A stretch of 64,000 nucleotides of DNA from Setoptus koraiensis (lineage: Eukaryota; Animalia; Arthropoda). Below the pieces are notes generated by a model, which was not told the origin of the DNA, ran no database searches, and saw only the letters and a program-made list of their open reading frames with translations. Where the stretch lies: NCBI GenBank assembly GCA_048013815.1, contig CM106585.1, positions 15,500,001 to 15,564,000 of the forward strand, in the 5' to 3' direction. Position numbers and translations under genes: made by a program. Numbering within the stretch: position 1 is the first letter of the stretch; each line of letters begins with the position of its first letter. Positions 24,252 through 37,688 of this stretch are shown here, piece by piece.

Positions 24252-25228
24252 CTATTGTTTTTGGTGATTCAATGGTTGCGCAATAGATTGCTGCTGTTGC
24301 TGAATTGATTGCATCGATTGCATATTAGTGTTAGGCCCAACAATAGATAATAGTTGCCTTTGCTGCTGTTGTTGTTGCTGTTGTCCGCTGCCACTAAGGC
24401 CACTGTTTGTGCCAACAGGCGAAGCCGCCATCATTCCAGGTTGAACTATAACACTATTGGCATTAGAGGCACTGGCCATCATTTGACCTGATGCCGATGC
24501 AGAGGCCGAATTAGCGTTACCGGATGCCGTTGAGTATGCAGTCGAAGGCTTAGACTGGGAATTAATAGCAACAATATTTGCGCTTAAGGTTGAGGCCGAT
24601 GTAACAGGTTGCTGTTGGCTGGCCTGTTGTTGATTGTTGACGCTAGTACCAGTGTTGCCGCTGGCGCTTGGATCGGCGATAATCACTGATTGTTGTGTTG
24701 ATGGGGCTGTTTGTTGGTAGGCATTAACGCTATTTTGTTGATTATTGGCCAAGCTATTGACGGCGCTCGATTGGCTAGTTCCAGTGGCCATCATAGCTGG
24801 CGATGAGGACGATTGGCCATTTTGGCCACTTGTGTAAATGCGAGGCTGTTGCTGAGAAGTTTGAGCCTGCATTTGGCCAGCGTTCATCTGCATAAGCATG
24901 TTTGATTGTTGTTGTTGTTGTTGTTGCGAGGGCAGTGTCGCAGTGTATAGCTCATTGCTGCTGGCGGCTGCTTAAATTGTATTAATGGTAGTGAGTTTAA
25001 GAGTTAATTATAAAAGGTGACAATGAATGTGACAACAACATTAAATTAATCTTGTCCCATAATTTATGTCTTATATCCATAATGATCATTTTTGATTTGT
25101 CAAACAGTTCATGTTTCAACTTACCATGATGCCCGTGGTGTCCGTGATGGTGACCATGGTGGTGCTCCTTGTGATGAACATGCTTGTAGACGGGCGGGTG
25201 ATAAACTGGCTTCTTTTTGATATAGACC
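24252..25228 (-). CDS. His-rich then Gln/Ser-rich low-complexity protein, probably cuticular or secreted; exons 25228-25125 and 24970-24252, 5' exon(s) unresolved
   Basis: The exon VYIKKKPVYHPPVYKHVHHKEHHHGHHHGHHGHH is bounded by cacag| and |gtaagt and splices in frame (phase 1) via tttaag| into the 215-codon Q/S/A-rich ORF. Confidence 0.65.
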
Positions 25229-25677
25229 CTGTGTGTTGCGTTGAGGCACAAGCAAGGCGATTGCGACAAAGAGAGACAGCTTGTTAGCACAATGTTTACG
25301 TGTTCTGCGAACAGTGATTGATTATTGGTAGTAATTAGCAATGGAGAGATGGAAATCACGAAATTCACACGACAACACGATGAATTGTAGACAACAGTGT
25401 ATCTCATGTTTATACAGCATGCATGCTAGTTCTTTGTCCGGCGATGCTGGCCGGCGTTGCATGAGTTGGAGCGCCCAGTGATTGGCGTGACACCAATCGT
25501 GGTGCCGTGTAGGCATGTAGCCGGACAAAAAGTGTGACGATGATTTAGATGACATGCGAGAGAGTGAGTGAGTGCATTTCCATCAAGATCCAGTTATTGT
25601 GACATTGTGTTCATGTCGTTGTCCGTCGAAGTGTGTCACATGTGAGCCGAGAATGAGCGAATACCCAGAGAGACAGT

Positions 25678-25678
<1 letters not shown>

Positions 25679-25714
<36 letters not shown>
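25679..25714. repeat. (GA)n microsatellite
   Basis: About 18 uninterrupted AG units. Confidence 0.95.
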
Positions 25715-25718
<4 letters not shown>

Positions 25719-28700
25719 TTCTTGACATCGATGCTGATAGCCTCGAATATTCTCAATTGCAAGTTCTCGCAAAATGCAACTTTGAATTCGTCGATTGATA
25801 CGAGCGCATATCGCAACAAGCGTCGATACCGACTGGATTCAATGGTACGCAAATTAACATGGCGCCGTTACTGTGTTGCACACATTGGCATCACATGAGA
25901 AGGGTGAGAAGAAGTATTATAATGACTCGAGAAAAATTGAGTAATATTTTTTGGTATAAATATTTCATTTTTTCTCTTTCTCTGGCGCACTATCTGTTTT
26001 GGCCACTGTTATGTCTGTGTGCAAATGACACACCAGTCGCTGGACAGCAACAGATAGACAAATCTCGCTGTCTGCTGGACAGCGATGCAATCTCATGAGG
26101 CGGCCGAATCGGCCAACGGCCAGACAGCGGCCGCCAGTTGCTGGCAAGCGACGCACTTGTGTCGGTTACACAAGATAAGTTGATAAAGGTAACAGTAGCC
26201 GCGATAACAATAAAACAACAATAACTACTACAACAACAACTATAATGGCTATGAACAGCGATAGAATGGATGCGTAAGCATGCAATATAATAATAACACA
26301 ATAAATTACTTAGACAAACATAATAAGATACACACAATACATAATTAAGATGATAGATAACGGGACGGTTTGAAACTCAAATTGAAATATCTACTTATAA
26401 ACCGCCGCCGCCGTTATCATTGTTGCCGGCGCTGTTTAATCTTTCTCTCCGACTGGCAGCTATTAGATAAAGCTGGCGCCAATGCCGCTAAGATTGACAA
26501 CAAATCTTGTTTCATTCATTCAAATCAACAACAACAGCAACAACGACAATCGAATGGGAGCTCTAGCCTCCAGTTTGTTGACCAACTATTCTGGCCGCAG
26601 CAGTATGAGTATAGAGGTAGTGGTTGTTTGCAAATAACAAATATCATTTTCTCCACACACACACTCACTCACAAACACACAGCCATCACCACAATCTATT
26701 ATTTTCGATTACATAACACAGTTGTTGGCAGCGCTGGTCGCAACAACCAACATGGCAACATTTTACATGCTCTCGAGGCGGCCAGAGACAGAAAGCGAGA
26801 TCTATTGTCCAGTCAAATAACGTTCTCCGATATGTAGACTAAATGGAAAAGACTTTATGATAGTAAGTGGACTTTATATGTGTAAAAGCTCTCCTTTGTA
26901 AGAGCCTTATCAAAAGAAATCTACATGCTTACGGGCGAATAGAATAAATCAACATAATTCGGGCCGAGGAATGAATTTATATCTATTTACGACTAATTCA
27001 AAGCTGACCAATGGCAACAGAAACAGCAATGATCGGCATTGATTAAGTGCACAGTGTGTAGAGAGTGGGCTATTTTTAGACACTATCGCAAATTCGACTA
27101 CAAGACTCGTCAAGAATCAATCCCAGATACCGTCCGACCGATATCCTGCGGCTTGATAATATCACGCAATGGTCATCGGTTGCATGCGCATTTCTATTGC
27201 GTCGTCATTTTTATTATTGGTCATTTTTTACTTTGTTGTGAATGTGTGTGTATTAGTTAATGGATGATGCCGATGATCATCAAAAAAGTTTTATTTGGCC
27301 GCAGCGAAAAACTGACCTACTGTGGCCGGAATCATGTAGCACCGTCGCTACACGAGGCTCACATTGACCCAGCCGAGTGGTCATGGTCACACTTTATCAT
27401 TTGGCAGTCAAAACGATTTAGGTGGCTATAATAGCAGTTGGTGATGTTGATGGGTCAAAAGAGCGAACGCCCGTAGCGAACAACCAGACTGGTTTTGACA
27501 TGACTTTCGGACTTTTGGCGCTCTTTCAAAAAGTTTCAAATTTGGCGCGTTCCGAACAAATTATTCGGTGCGCCTAAACGCCGGTGTCACAAATTCACTA
27601 GACCGGGTTTAGTCAATTTTGCCATTTTTTTCAAGTTAAGAATAAAAAGTCAACTTGCTGGTAATGTATTGTCATTATTGCATGAGAATTAATTTTAAAC
27701 TAACGACAAGAGGATAAAATAGTAATGGCGATGCGCCTAAAAAAGTCAAGCCAAAAAAATACCAGAAACAGAAATATATAAATATATCCAACTGTCTATT
27801 AAATTATTTATATATACCGGTATAGGGAAAGCCAGTGGAAAGAGGTGGCTGCAAAAAAAGGAGACAGAAGTTAAGTGGCTCGCTTCACGGCACCATCAAT
27901 TGTAGTCGATTGGAAAAAAACAATTTACCCATCCATCAGGATCTGTGCATAGATGTTGTGTCGTCTTTGATGCAAGATGCGACGACAGCGCAAATTAGCA
28001 ACAGATGGGAAAGTGTGAGTGACGAGCAAGTGTCGAGGAAAATCCTCTCTGTTTCATTGGAGTGGTGATTAGACAGGTGACGGCAGCAACAAGACGAGAT
28101 GGATAAAAAGTGCATCGGTGGTATAGGCTGTCTGTCCAGAGAGACAAGGAATGCATAATTAACCAATCAAGGACATCCTATCTAACCATTGGATAGTATC
28201 CATCGATAAAATCGCTGCTGTCAACTTTTATCCGATGAGAGAACAAAATAACAACTAGTGTAACAGGTGTGAAAAAAAGTCAACAAGATGGATGCGGAGA
28301 TAGATAGCGGACTAGTGGATCGGATAGAGGCAGCGTGAGCCGTTGAAGAAGAAGAAGAACAACAACACTATCACCGTCTCGGCTTCAACACCAGAAGAAC
28401 ACTATTACTGTTAGAGTGAACTTCAGTGAACCCATTGAAATGATCAAATAGTAGATAATAATGTATCTAGACCATATTGTCTGGCGTTGAGTATGGTAAT
28501 TGGCACACAAGTGGTCCAACTGAAAACGTTGTGCCAGCCTGACGGACTACATACATAGAGATACTATACTAAAGCTATAGGACTAAGATAACGAAAAGAA
28601 GATGTAAAAAAGGAGAAGATACCGCTAAACAAAAGTGGCAGTAGTGAAATTGTTGGCACAAAAGGAATAAATAACACACACACACACACACACACAAGAG

Positions 28701-29366
28701 CAATGAAGAAATTGTCGTCACCGCAAAATGCGCCTATTGTTGTTGGTCACCACTTTGACCTGCATTGATATACATCTCTGCATCTCTCATTCGAGAGGCA
28801 TTACCACTTCTACTCGTTCATTCATCGTCACCAAGACAACCAAATTTGTAACCGCTGCTGCTGTCATTGTTGCTTCGAGAGGTAAACAAAGACAGACATT
28901 TGATGTTTAATAACCAAATTCATTCAGAGGTTGTTGACCGTTTGTTGTTGCCACAGACGCAACAACAATAAACAACAGTAGCAATGCAAAGGCGAGTAAA
29001 AAATACTCCAGGATGACAGATGAAGATACAATTTAGCAGATGCTCACCAAACGCACGGCTTATGGCCGGTTAACTGGCCCGATGAAGCATTAGCAACACC
29101 TCGAGACGTCGATCGGACATCGACTGCCTCAGTAACTGGCTGACAGCAAGGAAGATGGCCTCTCTTTAGAATGATCTATCTAATCGATGGTAGCCAACTG
29201 AAGAAGAGAAAGTCTCCATTTTAAGATTCATAACACAGAGAGAAAGGAAAAAAAATTACACAAACACTGCATTCCGAAAAATCTAAACGGACTCACTCGC
29301 TGACTCTACTAATAATACGCCAAGAATAACCATAGGTCTAGTTATGAGATGAGATCGCTAATAAAC

Positions 29367-31022
29367 TTACGGTACTGGCACCTCGATGGGTTTCTTGACA
29401 ATAACCTCCTTGTAAATGGGAACTTTGTATGGTACTGGGTACGGTTTGGGCACATGAACCACCTTTGGTATACCAACTGGAACATGCTTGGCCACCTTGT
29501 ACGGAACAGGTACTCCGTATGGTTTATGCACTGGCACATGCTTGTAAACTGCAACCGGATGATGCTTGATCACGGGAACCGGCACGGCTACTGGAAACGG
29601 TTTAGGCACTGGCACCGGTTTTTTAACTAGGATCTTCTTAGGCACCGGTATCACCTTTTTAACTGTTTTGTAGATTGGTACCTTGACGGATATGTGAACT
29701 GGATGCGGTACGGCCACTGTCTTTGGTACGGGAATTATCTTTGGTACAGGTATTATCTTGGGTACAGGGATTGCTTTTGGAATGTGAACAGTTTTGTGGA
29801 TGACCTTAACAACGGGCGGCTCATAATGCTTGTGATGATGCTTGTGGCCAGCGTCAACCATTAAAAATGAATTTGAGTTTGTTGAGAATGGTATAAATTG
29901 TTGCAACAAATGCTGTGTCGGATTAAACATGGTCGTTATTACAATTAAACAACCAATGAAGCTAATGATTGTTGCTAATAAATTATAACTAACGCTTAGT
30001 AGGCTAATGTCATTGTTGAAAGGCCTAGATTTACCTATGCTGTTGTTGAAACAAAGATATTTTTGTAACATAGAACCCTGATACCTCGTTACTGAAAGTT
30101 TGCAGTTTCCTTTCTTCATCGTGTGATTCATTTTTTGTTGTTTTGTAGCGTTATTATCGCAGCTACAGTTGACAGACTTTAAGCAGCTATCTTTATCTCT
30201 CTGTTGCTGTTGACAACAACAATCATCGCGAGATATATGTTTAGAGCACTGAGATGATTGATAACTATGTAGCGGTTGGCCACTCATTGTGCTGTTGTTG
30301 TCGTCTTTGTAATAGAGGCCAATCTCGCTAATGGTACATGTCTTTGTTCTATGTCTTAATTGTTGTTGTTGTTGTTGTTGCTGCTGCATATCTGATGATA
30401 ATGGGTTCATATTGCTGTTGATATTTTGTGAATACTCTAGTTGCCTTTTAGCGGTCAATCTGTCACTTTGTTGTTGCTGCTGCTGTTTCTCACGTAAAGC
30501 TGCTTGGACCTTTGTCATTGACTTATAATCATGGTCATTGATTGCTGTTTTTGTAATAATTTGATTTTTTTTCTTGTAATCGCTTATTTGACCACTAATG
30601 TTAATGTTGGCCACTGTTGTTGTTGTTGCATAAGAATATGTGTACCGACTGTGACAATCGACCCCACTTAGAAAATCTAAATGGTCTGAATTTTCGTTGC
30701 TGTTATTGTATTTCGGAGACATCAAGTCAACAATGTTGCATTGGTTGTCTGGCGCTGCTTCTACTGCTCTGAGTTTTATAAGTCTTTCAACTTGTGACGG
30801 GATGCCGATGATTTTTCTTGTGTTATCGCTTTGCTTGTTATCGTTGTTACTGATGCTGTTGCTGTTGTTGTCGTTGTCGTTGTTGTTGTTGTTTTGCTTT
30901 GTCTTGCTGGTCGATATGTGTTGTCCTCTGCTTCTAGACAGCGACGACAATTTGTTTGTGTTGTTGCCGCAAATCATGATACAAATGCAAGATGTTGCGA
31001 AATAATAATCTTGTCGCTCCAC
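29367..31022 (-). CDS. Pro/Val/Lys/His-rich cuticular protein (CPLCP/Vajk-like) with a long N/Q-rich N-terminal region and an internal hydrophobic segment
   Basis: 551-codon ORF; the C-terminal 160 aa consist of VPVPK, KPYPVPYKVP and VHVPKP repeats after GHKHHHKHYEPP. The apparent stop overlaps a CC|GTAAGT donor, so a further exon is likely. Confidence 0.75.
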   Translation of the reverse strand: MERQDYYFATSCICIMICGNNTNKLSSLSRSRGQHISTSKTKQNNNNNDNDNNSNSISNNDNKQSDNTRKIIGIPSQVERLIKLRAVEAAPDNQCNIVDLMSPKYNNSNENSDHLDFLSGVDCHSRYTYSYATTTTVANINISGQISDYKKKNQIITKTAINDHDYKSMTKVQAALREKQQQQQQSDRLTAKRQLEYSQNINSNMNPLSSDMQQQQQQQQQLRHRTKTCTISEIGLYYKDDNNSTMSGQPLHSYQSSQCSKHISRDDCCCQQQQRDKDSCLKSVNCSCDNNATKQQKMNHTMKKGNCKLSVTRYQGSMLQKYLCFNNSIGKSRPFNNDISLLSVSYNLLATIISFIGCLIVITTMFNPTQHLLQQFIPFSTNSNSFLMVDAGHKHHHKHYEPPVVKVIHKTVHIPKAIPVPKIIPVPKIIPVPKTVAVPHPVHISVKVPIYKTVKKVIPVPKKILVKKPVPVPKPFPVAVPVPVIKHHPVAVYKHVPVHKPYGVPVPYKVAKHVPVGIPKVVHVPKPYPVPYKVPIYKEVIVKKPIEVPVP

Positions 31023-32457
31023 TGAACGACAACTTATGCGAAATATTGTTACGACGTTGATTACGACGGAACTTCTTTGGCGGTGGTTTGTGTGTCGAGC
31101 CTACTTGGTACACATATATCAAGTAATTAACCTTAAACTTGACAATGGAAACTGGCTCATTCAGATGGACGGTATATGGTGCATGATAAATAATGAATGA
31201 TAAATGGTAAAAAGAGATTGATAAGGCAACATGTTGCTTGTGCTGGAAAGAAGGTTGTCCGCTAACTGCCGCTCGAGGCTATTTGATACGCAAATAGATC
31301 ATATCAAGGTCCCTAGCGCCCCCAAAGTATCGTCGTTAATTGACAGCCACTTGCTAGCGAAGGTCACTACTACACAAGATATTCGGTTAATTAATAAATG
31401 AATTTAATTTGTTACTCACCTGTGGCAGAAGATGATGCGGCTGACGGTGCCGACGAGATGATGACGAGCACAGGATATTGATGGCTTGCACTTGTCTTGT
31501 ATCAATGATGCATGAGTATCATGAGTTGCTATGAGCAACAACTTGCTGTTGATGACGGTATTGATTGATGCAATGATGTCGATGATTTGTTGTGTATGTA
31601 GCTCAGCTTGATCATAATTATAACATTACCATTACTGATTGAGTATGTGTGAGTATGCGACTGTTGATTATGTAACTAGTGATAATCGGTATATTTGGGA
31701 GAATTCTTCTGTTTGTTGGATGAGTGTTTTCTGCTATAGCATCCGAACAAATGTTAATGTGGCTGGTTTCTCTCGATTATGTTTCTATCAACACACTTCA
31801 AGCACTTGTTGCTGGTGGTGGTTGGAATTTGCGATAGAGGAATACGAATGAGAAGAAGATGTAAAGAAGTTTTGTTGTATTGGTTAGCGGCTCGACTGAA
31901 CTCAACAACAACCTGATACAACTTGTAGCGATACAGATTGCCAGCGAAATATTTGCAGTTTAGTTTTGTCGCGCTGTCTACAGTTATTCGCCCATTCACT
32001 CACTGTTGTTGCTGCTACTGTATCGTGGAGTTTTCAACAAAGTTAAACAACGGCACTGTTGTTGTGTTGGTTGTTGAAACATACTTTCAAGAGATACTGG
32101 GCTCACACTATTGCCTGCCTACTATTGCTGGCACCGCCACTACAACAGCACACTACTAGCCACTACCACTTGCACATTTGCCATACACGACACTGTTGGA
32201 ATACACATAACTTTTGCTATGAGAGTTACATAAGATTTGCGCTACTCCTACCCCCTAGCCACTAGTTAGCTGCTGTCCAGTTAGCTTGGCAAGCTTGGCC
32301 CGACAAGCAGTTAGCTTGTGAGTGTGTGTGTGTGTTCATATGAGTGCATCGATGTATCGATAGAGATGTGTCAGTTGGCGATGAACTTTTTGCTTGTTCT
32401 GTTATTGTTACCGTTACTTTCAACTACTGTCGCACTAACTCCAATATTTGTTTGTCT

Positions 32458-32493
<36 letters not shown>

Positions 32494-34372
32494 GGTAGTG
32501 CCGCTGTCCAACATTCTAATAAGCCAGGTAACTCCGCTATGGTCGTGTCATACTTGCCCGGCCGCTATCGACTGCAAGCGGTTGCGAGCGGTTGCGAGCG
32601 GTAGCCTCGGCGGCTTCTTGCAATTACCATACTATATAAAATACTATACCCTACTGCACACCATACAGCCAACAATGCCAACAGCAACAACCTGTGGAGC
32701 TGGATAGATATCTGGATTTAACATACATTATGTGATGCAACAACACTTGCCACTTGTGTGCTTGAATTGGTTTAGCTATAAACACTTGTTGCCTGTTCAA
32801 CTCGATGCTGTTGTCGTTGTTGTCGCTGTTGTCGTTGCTGCTGTCGTTGTTGTTGTCGTTGTTGTCGCCACAAGAACAGTTTTCCAAACAATTGTAGATA
32901 TCAACGATATTTCACTTATAGTCGCAAGGCGACCACCAAACGGTTTCTCATGAGGCTGATACATTTTCAAAATAAATGACATGACAACAATCACTCACTC
33001 TCTCGGCCATGTTACTGCAGGCCATGTAAACTGTCGACTGTCAGGGCCTCGTGCCGATATCATCTGACTGTCTCAATGAGTTGAGCATTGAACCAACCGC
33101 ATGATCGATTGAACCAATGTTGAGAAGAATGACATAACCAACGAATGTGCGCATTGCGGTTACGTCATAACGCCATCTGATTCGTTTTGGCTGTGTTATC
33201 AAATGCGATTGTGACTGTATAAACAACATTGAGAGAGTGTCAAAGAAGACGACTACTCGAAGAGGTGCCGCCAACAATAAATGTCATCATATTTTGAGCC
33301 ACTTCAATGTGTCCAATAAAATTGAAAGAAATGCTTTCTCCAGCTCGCATCACCTGTTGTTGGCGTTGTTGTCGCCATAATTGCACCAATGGAAGTGCCA
33401 TTCGACCACTTCCATTGTTTGCCAGTTGCGGCAGCAGCTAGCGCCATTAATGACACAAGACACAGATGATTCACATTTGGCGGTTACTTTTACATCATAA
33501 TAACTCTTTTATTATTATCTAATGTCGGATAATCATTTCATTTTTCAATTCACTTTTGACACATGCTATCGACTGGTGCCGTCACTGTCGGGCCTAGCAT
33601 GCGCGCTACATTGTTGTGCGGCATGCGATGATGAGAGGTAGCCGTAATTGAGAGCCATTATTGAAGAGGACCAATAAATGAACAACAACAACAACAATAT
33701 TCCGATAGCGGTAGTTGCATAATTCAAATTGATGCAAAAGTTATCAGCATCATCGTTCGGCTGGCACCGACAGAAGCGGCGAATCGCGATTTGCCGATAC
33801 CGTCGGCCACTTTGGTTGCGGCTTTTGTCTAGGTATTGCCAGCGACCAACCAGCGTCGCTCACGATTGCCGAAACAAAATGTCGGGCGACAATCCGTTGA
33901 GCATGAAACATTTCGTGTATTTCCTCCTTGTCTAACAACTTCTAATTCGTAAGTGTGTTTACAAAATATCCGAACTAGAAACTGGCTAACAAAGCTCGTT
34001 TTTTTTTATTGTGCCTCTTTAACGCTTTGCGTTGTTCGCAAGCGATATAGTAAGGTGCACGGATGTGGGCTACTGTGTGCCGGTGTCGATCAATCAAGTC
34101 AATAATAATACCAATACTAATACCGTTGGCGTCGTTGTATGGTGACTGGAGTGAAGAAGTCCCGAGACTATGCAATTTGTATGATTATCATGGTTAGTTC
34201 CACTTAAGAGTTAATTTTTAAGTTATTATATAACGACAAAAACACCGACACACCGGAACCGCCGCTTAATGGCACGAAAACATTTTGTCAGAGGGCGCCT
34301 AGTGATTTAAGCCAAGTTCCTCTCGGCGGCGCAACTAATTGCAATTTTCCATAATAACAACATCGGCGGTAG

Positions 34373-34404
<32 letters not shown>

Positions 34405-36460
34405 ATGAGCTCATAAAGCAAACACAGTGACACCGTTACTATTAGCCGGCGAGAGAGATAGGAATGGAGGAACGGGCACCTTAGTAGTGGTAGAAGAAGC
34501 AGTAGTATTAAGGTGGCAGCAGTGGTAATGGCAGTAGCAGTTGTGGAAGTTGAAGGAAAATGACAGATCACGAATCAATATTGCACACTAATTACTGTCT
34601 TATGATGACAAACTTTAACTACCAGAGTCGCTAACTACAAATCGCTATTCATTACACATTGATCGCCGTATGCACTAATATCCAGTATACTCTTGAACAA
34701 AACAATATCAACACACCTACGATTATCGGACAAACATACTGATACTACAGTAGTGGTGCTACTTGCTTGTATATCAGATAGTCTGACTAGTTGCCTCAGA
34801 CGCCTTTGTATGCTTCAGTGGACACCTCCGCTCAAACCATTTGAAATCAACATATCGGAGAGGTAATAATGTTGTCGTTGCAGAGCGTTATGGCTGCTGT
34901 TGTTTTGTCCCAATATTATATATATATATATATATCTAATACCCTTAATAATTCGCTATTCGCATTGCGATTTCTTTCAATCGGACCGTTCATACTATCG
35001 CTCCACTGTTGGCTCGCAGAAAACTACGACACTAATACAAAGGGCAAAAAACAAGAGCAAATGACGGCGGCAACTATGCTCAAGTTTTTGTCGTCTACAA
35101 GTGGCCGTCATAGCTAAACAGCAAAATATTTTGATAAAAATCTTATTATCACCAGCCATATTGTTGTAGCAGTCGATGTGTGTGGCGGACATTACCTGGC
35201 CGGCCGGCTGGCCAGTCAGATGAACCTGAGGTAGAGAGACAGAGCTAGAATCAATACTAATAATTACTAGTGTCACCAATTCGACATACATAGGTTTATT
35301 ATACTACTAGATAGTGCTGTTGTTGCTGGTGTTGGTGGTGATGATGGTGGTGAAACACTAGCTTCTCTTTCTGCCTACCTATCCACCAATATACGATCCT
35401 TAGATTACGACAACAACAACAACAACAACAACAATATTTTACAATCAACAGTAGTGTAATAACGCACAAGAAAGAAACTATTGCCAGCCAAAGGAAGGGG
35501 AGAGATAGCCAATGTGTAGCAGTGTGTAAAATGTCTTTTGTTTTCGCATCAACTTTGTCGTCACTAGTGCCAGTTACCTGTCAACAAGGCTTTGCCACTA
35601 CCACTGCTACTACTAATACTACTACTATCGGTGGTGATAGTGTAGTGGAACTGACGGTGGTGGTAGTGGCGAAAGATGGCAACTCCTTCGCAACATTAGA
35701 CATGGGCTAGCTTGGGGAATTAAATCATATTCCAATACACAACAAATGTTTGTGTGTATGTGTCACCATATTGCTTTGTTGTTACATCATCTCTCGTCTT
35801 GTTGTTGACTATAACGGTAGCGGTAGCAACAATAACAAGAAGAATAACGACAAAAGCAACAACAACCACCAGAAGCATCAACAATAAGACCAGGTGCTGT
35901 TGTTGCACAGTAAACAGAGATATACAATAACGGAGACGGACAAGAAAGAACAAATCCATGCAACATGTACGACACTTTGGCTCGCTATGTGTGTAGTCGT
36001 GATTAGTTCCAACTAATCATATTTCAATTGATTCCATCTTCCACTTGCAAACTATCAGTATGCCTAATTGTGAAACGGACACAGGTGGATACAACAAGTA
36101 GGTTTCTCAGGCATTATGAGAAACAACGGCTTCCTAGCCGAGTACACACAACCATTGGGAAAGAGGCCATGACAGTTTTGTGAGAAGAAGCCTTAAAACT
36201 CACTAATTGCTACACTATCTACTACAGTGGCTATTAAGGCCATTTTTCTAAACCAATTTCGCCCATTAGTATTAATTGCCGAATGTGTATCTGGTTAGCG
36301 ATGTGTAGAGAGAAAGATCACGATGGAGGAAGAAGAGAAAGGAAGTTGTTCTCAGTGGAACTATTTGCTGTTGCTGTTTTTTAATGGTTGTTTGTGTTGG
36401 TTTGTGTGTATGTGTCAACTATCCAATACCATATAGTGTTTGTGTTATGTGGCGAACAAA

Positions 36461-37473
36461 CTAAACGGCAATACGATCGTTATCCTTTTTTTCTGCATCC
36501 GTATTAGCTATCTTGTTGTTAATTAGGTTGTGAAGTGACACAACCGATCGCACGAGGGATGCTAAGTAAACAACAAGCATTTGATCGTTTGTTGATACAT
36601 AGGTTGACTTGATGAAAGAGTCTCCTGAGACATCAGGCAATAAATTAAATATATCCTGCAGCAGGTAGATTATGGAATAATTGACTGGCAATTTACCATC
36701 AACTATCATGTCTAAGTAATTGCTTATTTCAGCTATCTGTGCACTTAAACCACGTAAGCCCGATAATTGATCTGTAATTCGTTGAGATAATGAACCTAAT
36801 GTAGTGTCTTTAATGTCACGTAATAGATGCTCCACTCCGACCTCTTCAGCCTCCTCTGCGCCTATCTCTGAGGCAACATGCTCGAATGTTTTTGATGTGG
36901 GCGTGCCATCGTCATGGACCTCCTCCACAGAGAAGTAGGCTTTTGTTGGTAAACCTGTAAATAAATTCGTGTCAATTATTGAGGATAGACAACATAAGTA
37001 AATATGATTCAATTGGTAACATTATGATTAAGACAGATATGTAAATTGGTTGGTTCTAAGTACTTGCCTGAAAAATCCTGTGACAACTTGGCATCTATTA
37101 TAACTAAAACTGAATTAACTCCGGAGTATTTTCTAACAAGATCATTGATTGCAATGTCATTTTGGTCCAATTTGGGTCCTGTGTGATACCAGCCAATAAT
37201 TTTCTCTCTTGAATTGACCTTCTTGAACATTGCGTACATGTTGTCAAGATAATCGTGATCGAAGAACCACACATCCTTGTCGCTGTCGTCTTCATCGAAT
37301 GGAACACCAAATGAATTGCTAATATCGAGTACTCCTTTCGAGCGCCAACAGCCCAACAAGATACCGGCAACACGTTTGTGATTTCCTATCTTGCCCATGC
37401 GATTATAATGGTCAACGACAGACAGCAACACCAATGGGTGCACAATGACTTTTTGGACGGGTAATAGAGACAT
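36461..37473 (-). CDS. PSMD7: 26S proteasome regulatory subunit Rpn8 (MPN domain), 299 aa; exons 37473-37068 and 36954-36461
   Basis: [88 protein letters not shown]. The 113-nt intron has GC-AG ends; the CDS is 900 nt. Confidence 0.96.
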
Positions 37474-37688
37474 TTTTCCGTTATTGTTGTTGGTTAGGAT
37501 TGTCTGGCTTGGTGGTGGTGAGGTAAATAAAATCCGACTAATATTATTATTATCCAGCAAAAGATCTGGTGTAAGACAGATGTGCACTGGTTGTTACGTT
37601 TTGTTTTTTGCCTGCGCGCAACTAAGCGCGATTTTTGAAACATCCCAGTTTAAAAAATTCGCACGTTTAGTTTTCAGTCATCAGGACA

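Noticed and set aside
33387-33417. Perfect 11-bp inverted repeat (caatggaagtg/cacttccattg)
   Set aside because: Isolated short hairpin with no supporting context; bacterial-type terminators are irrelevant here.
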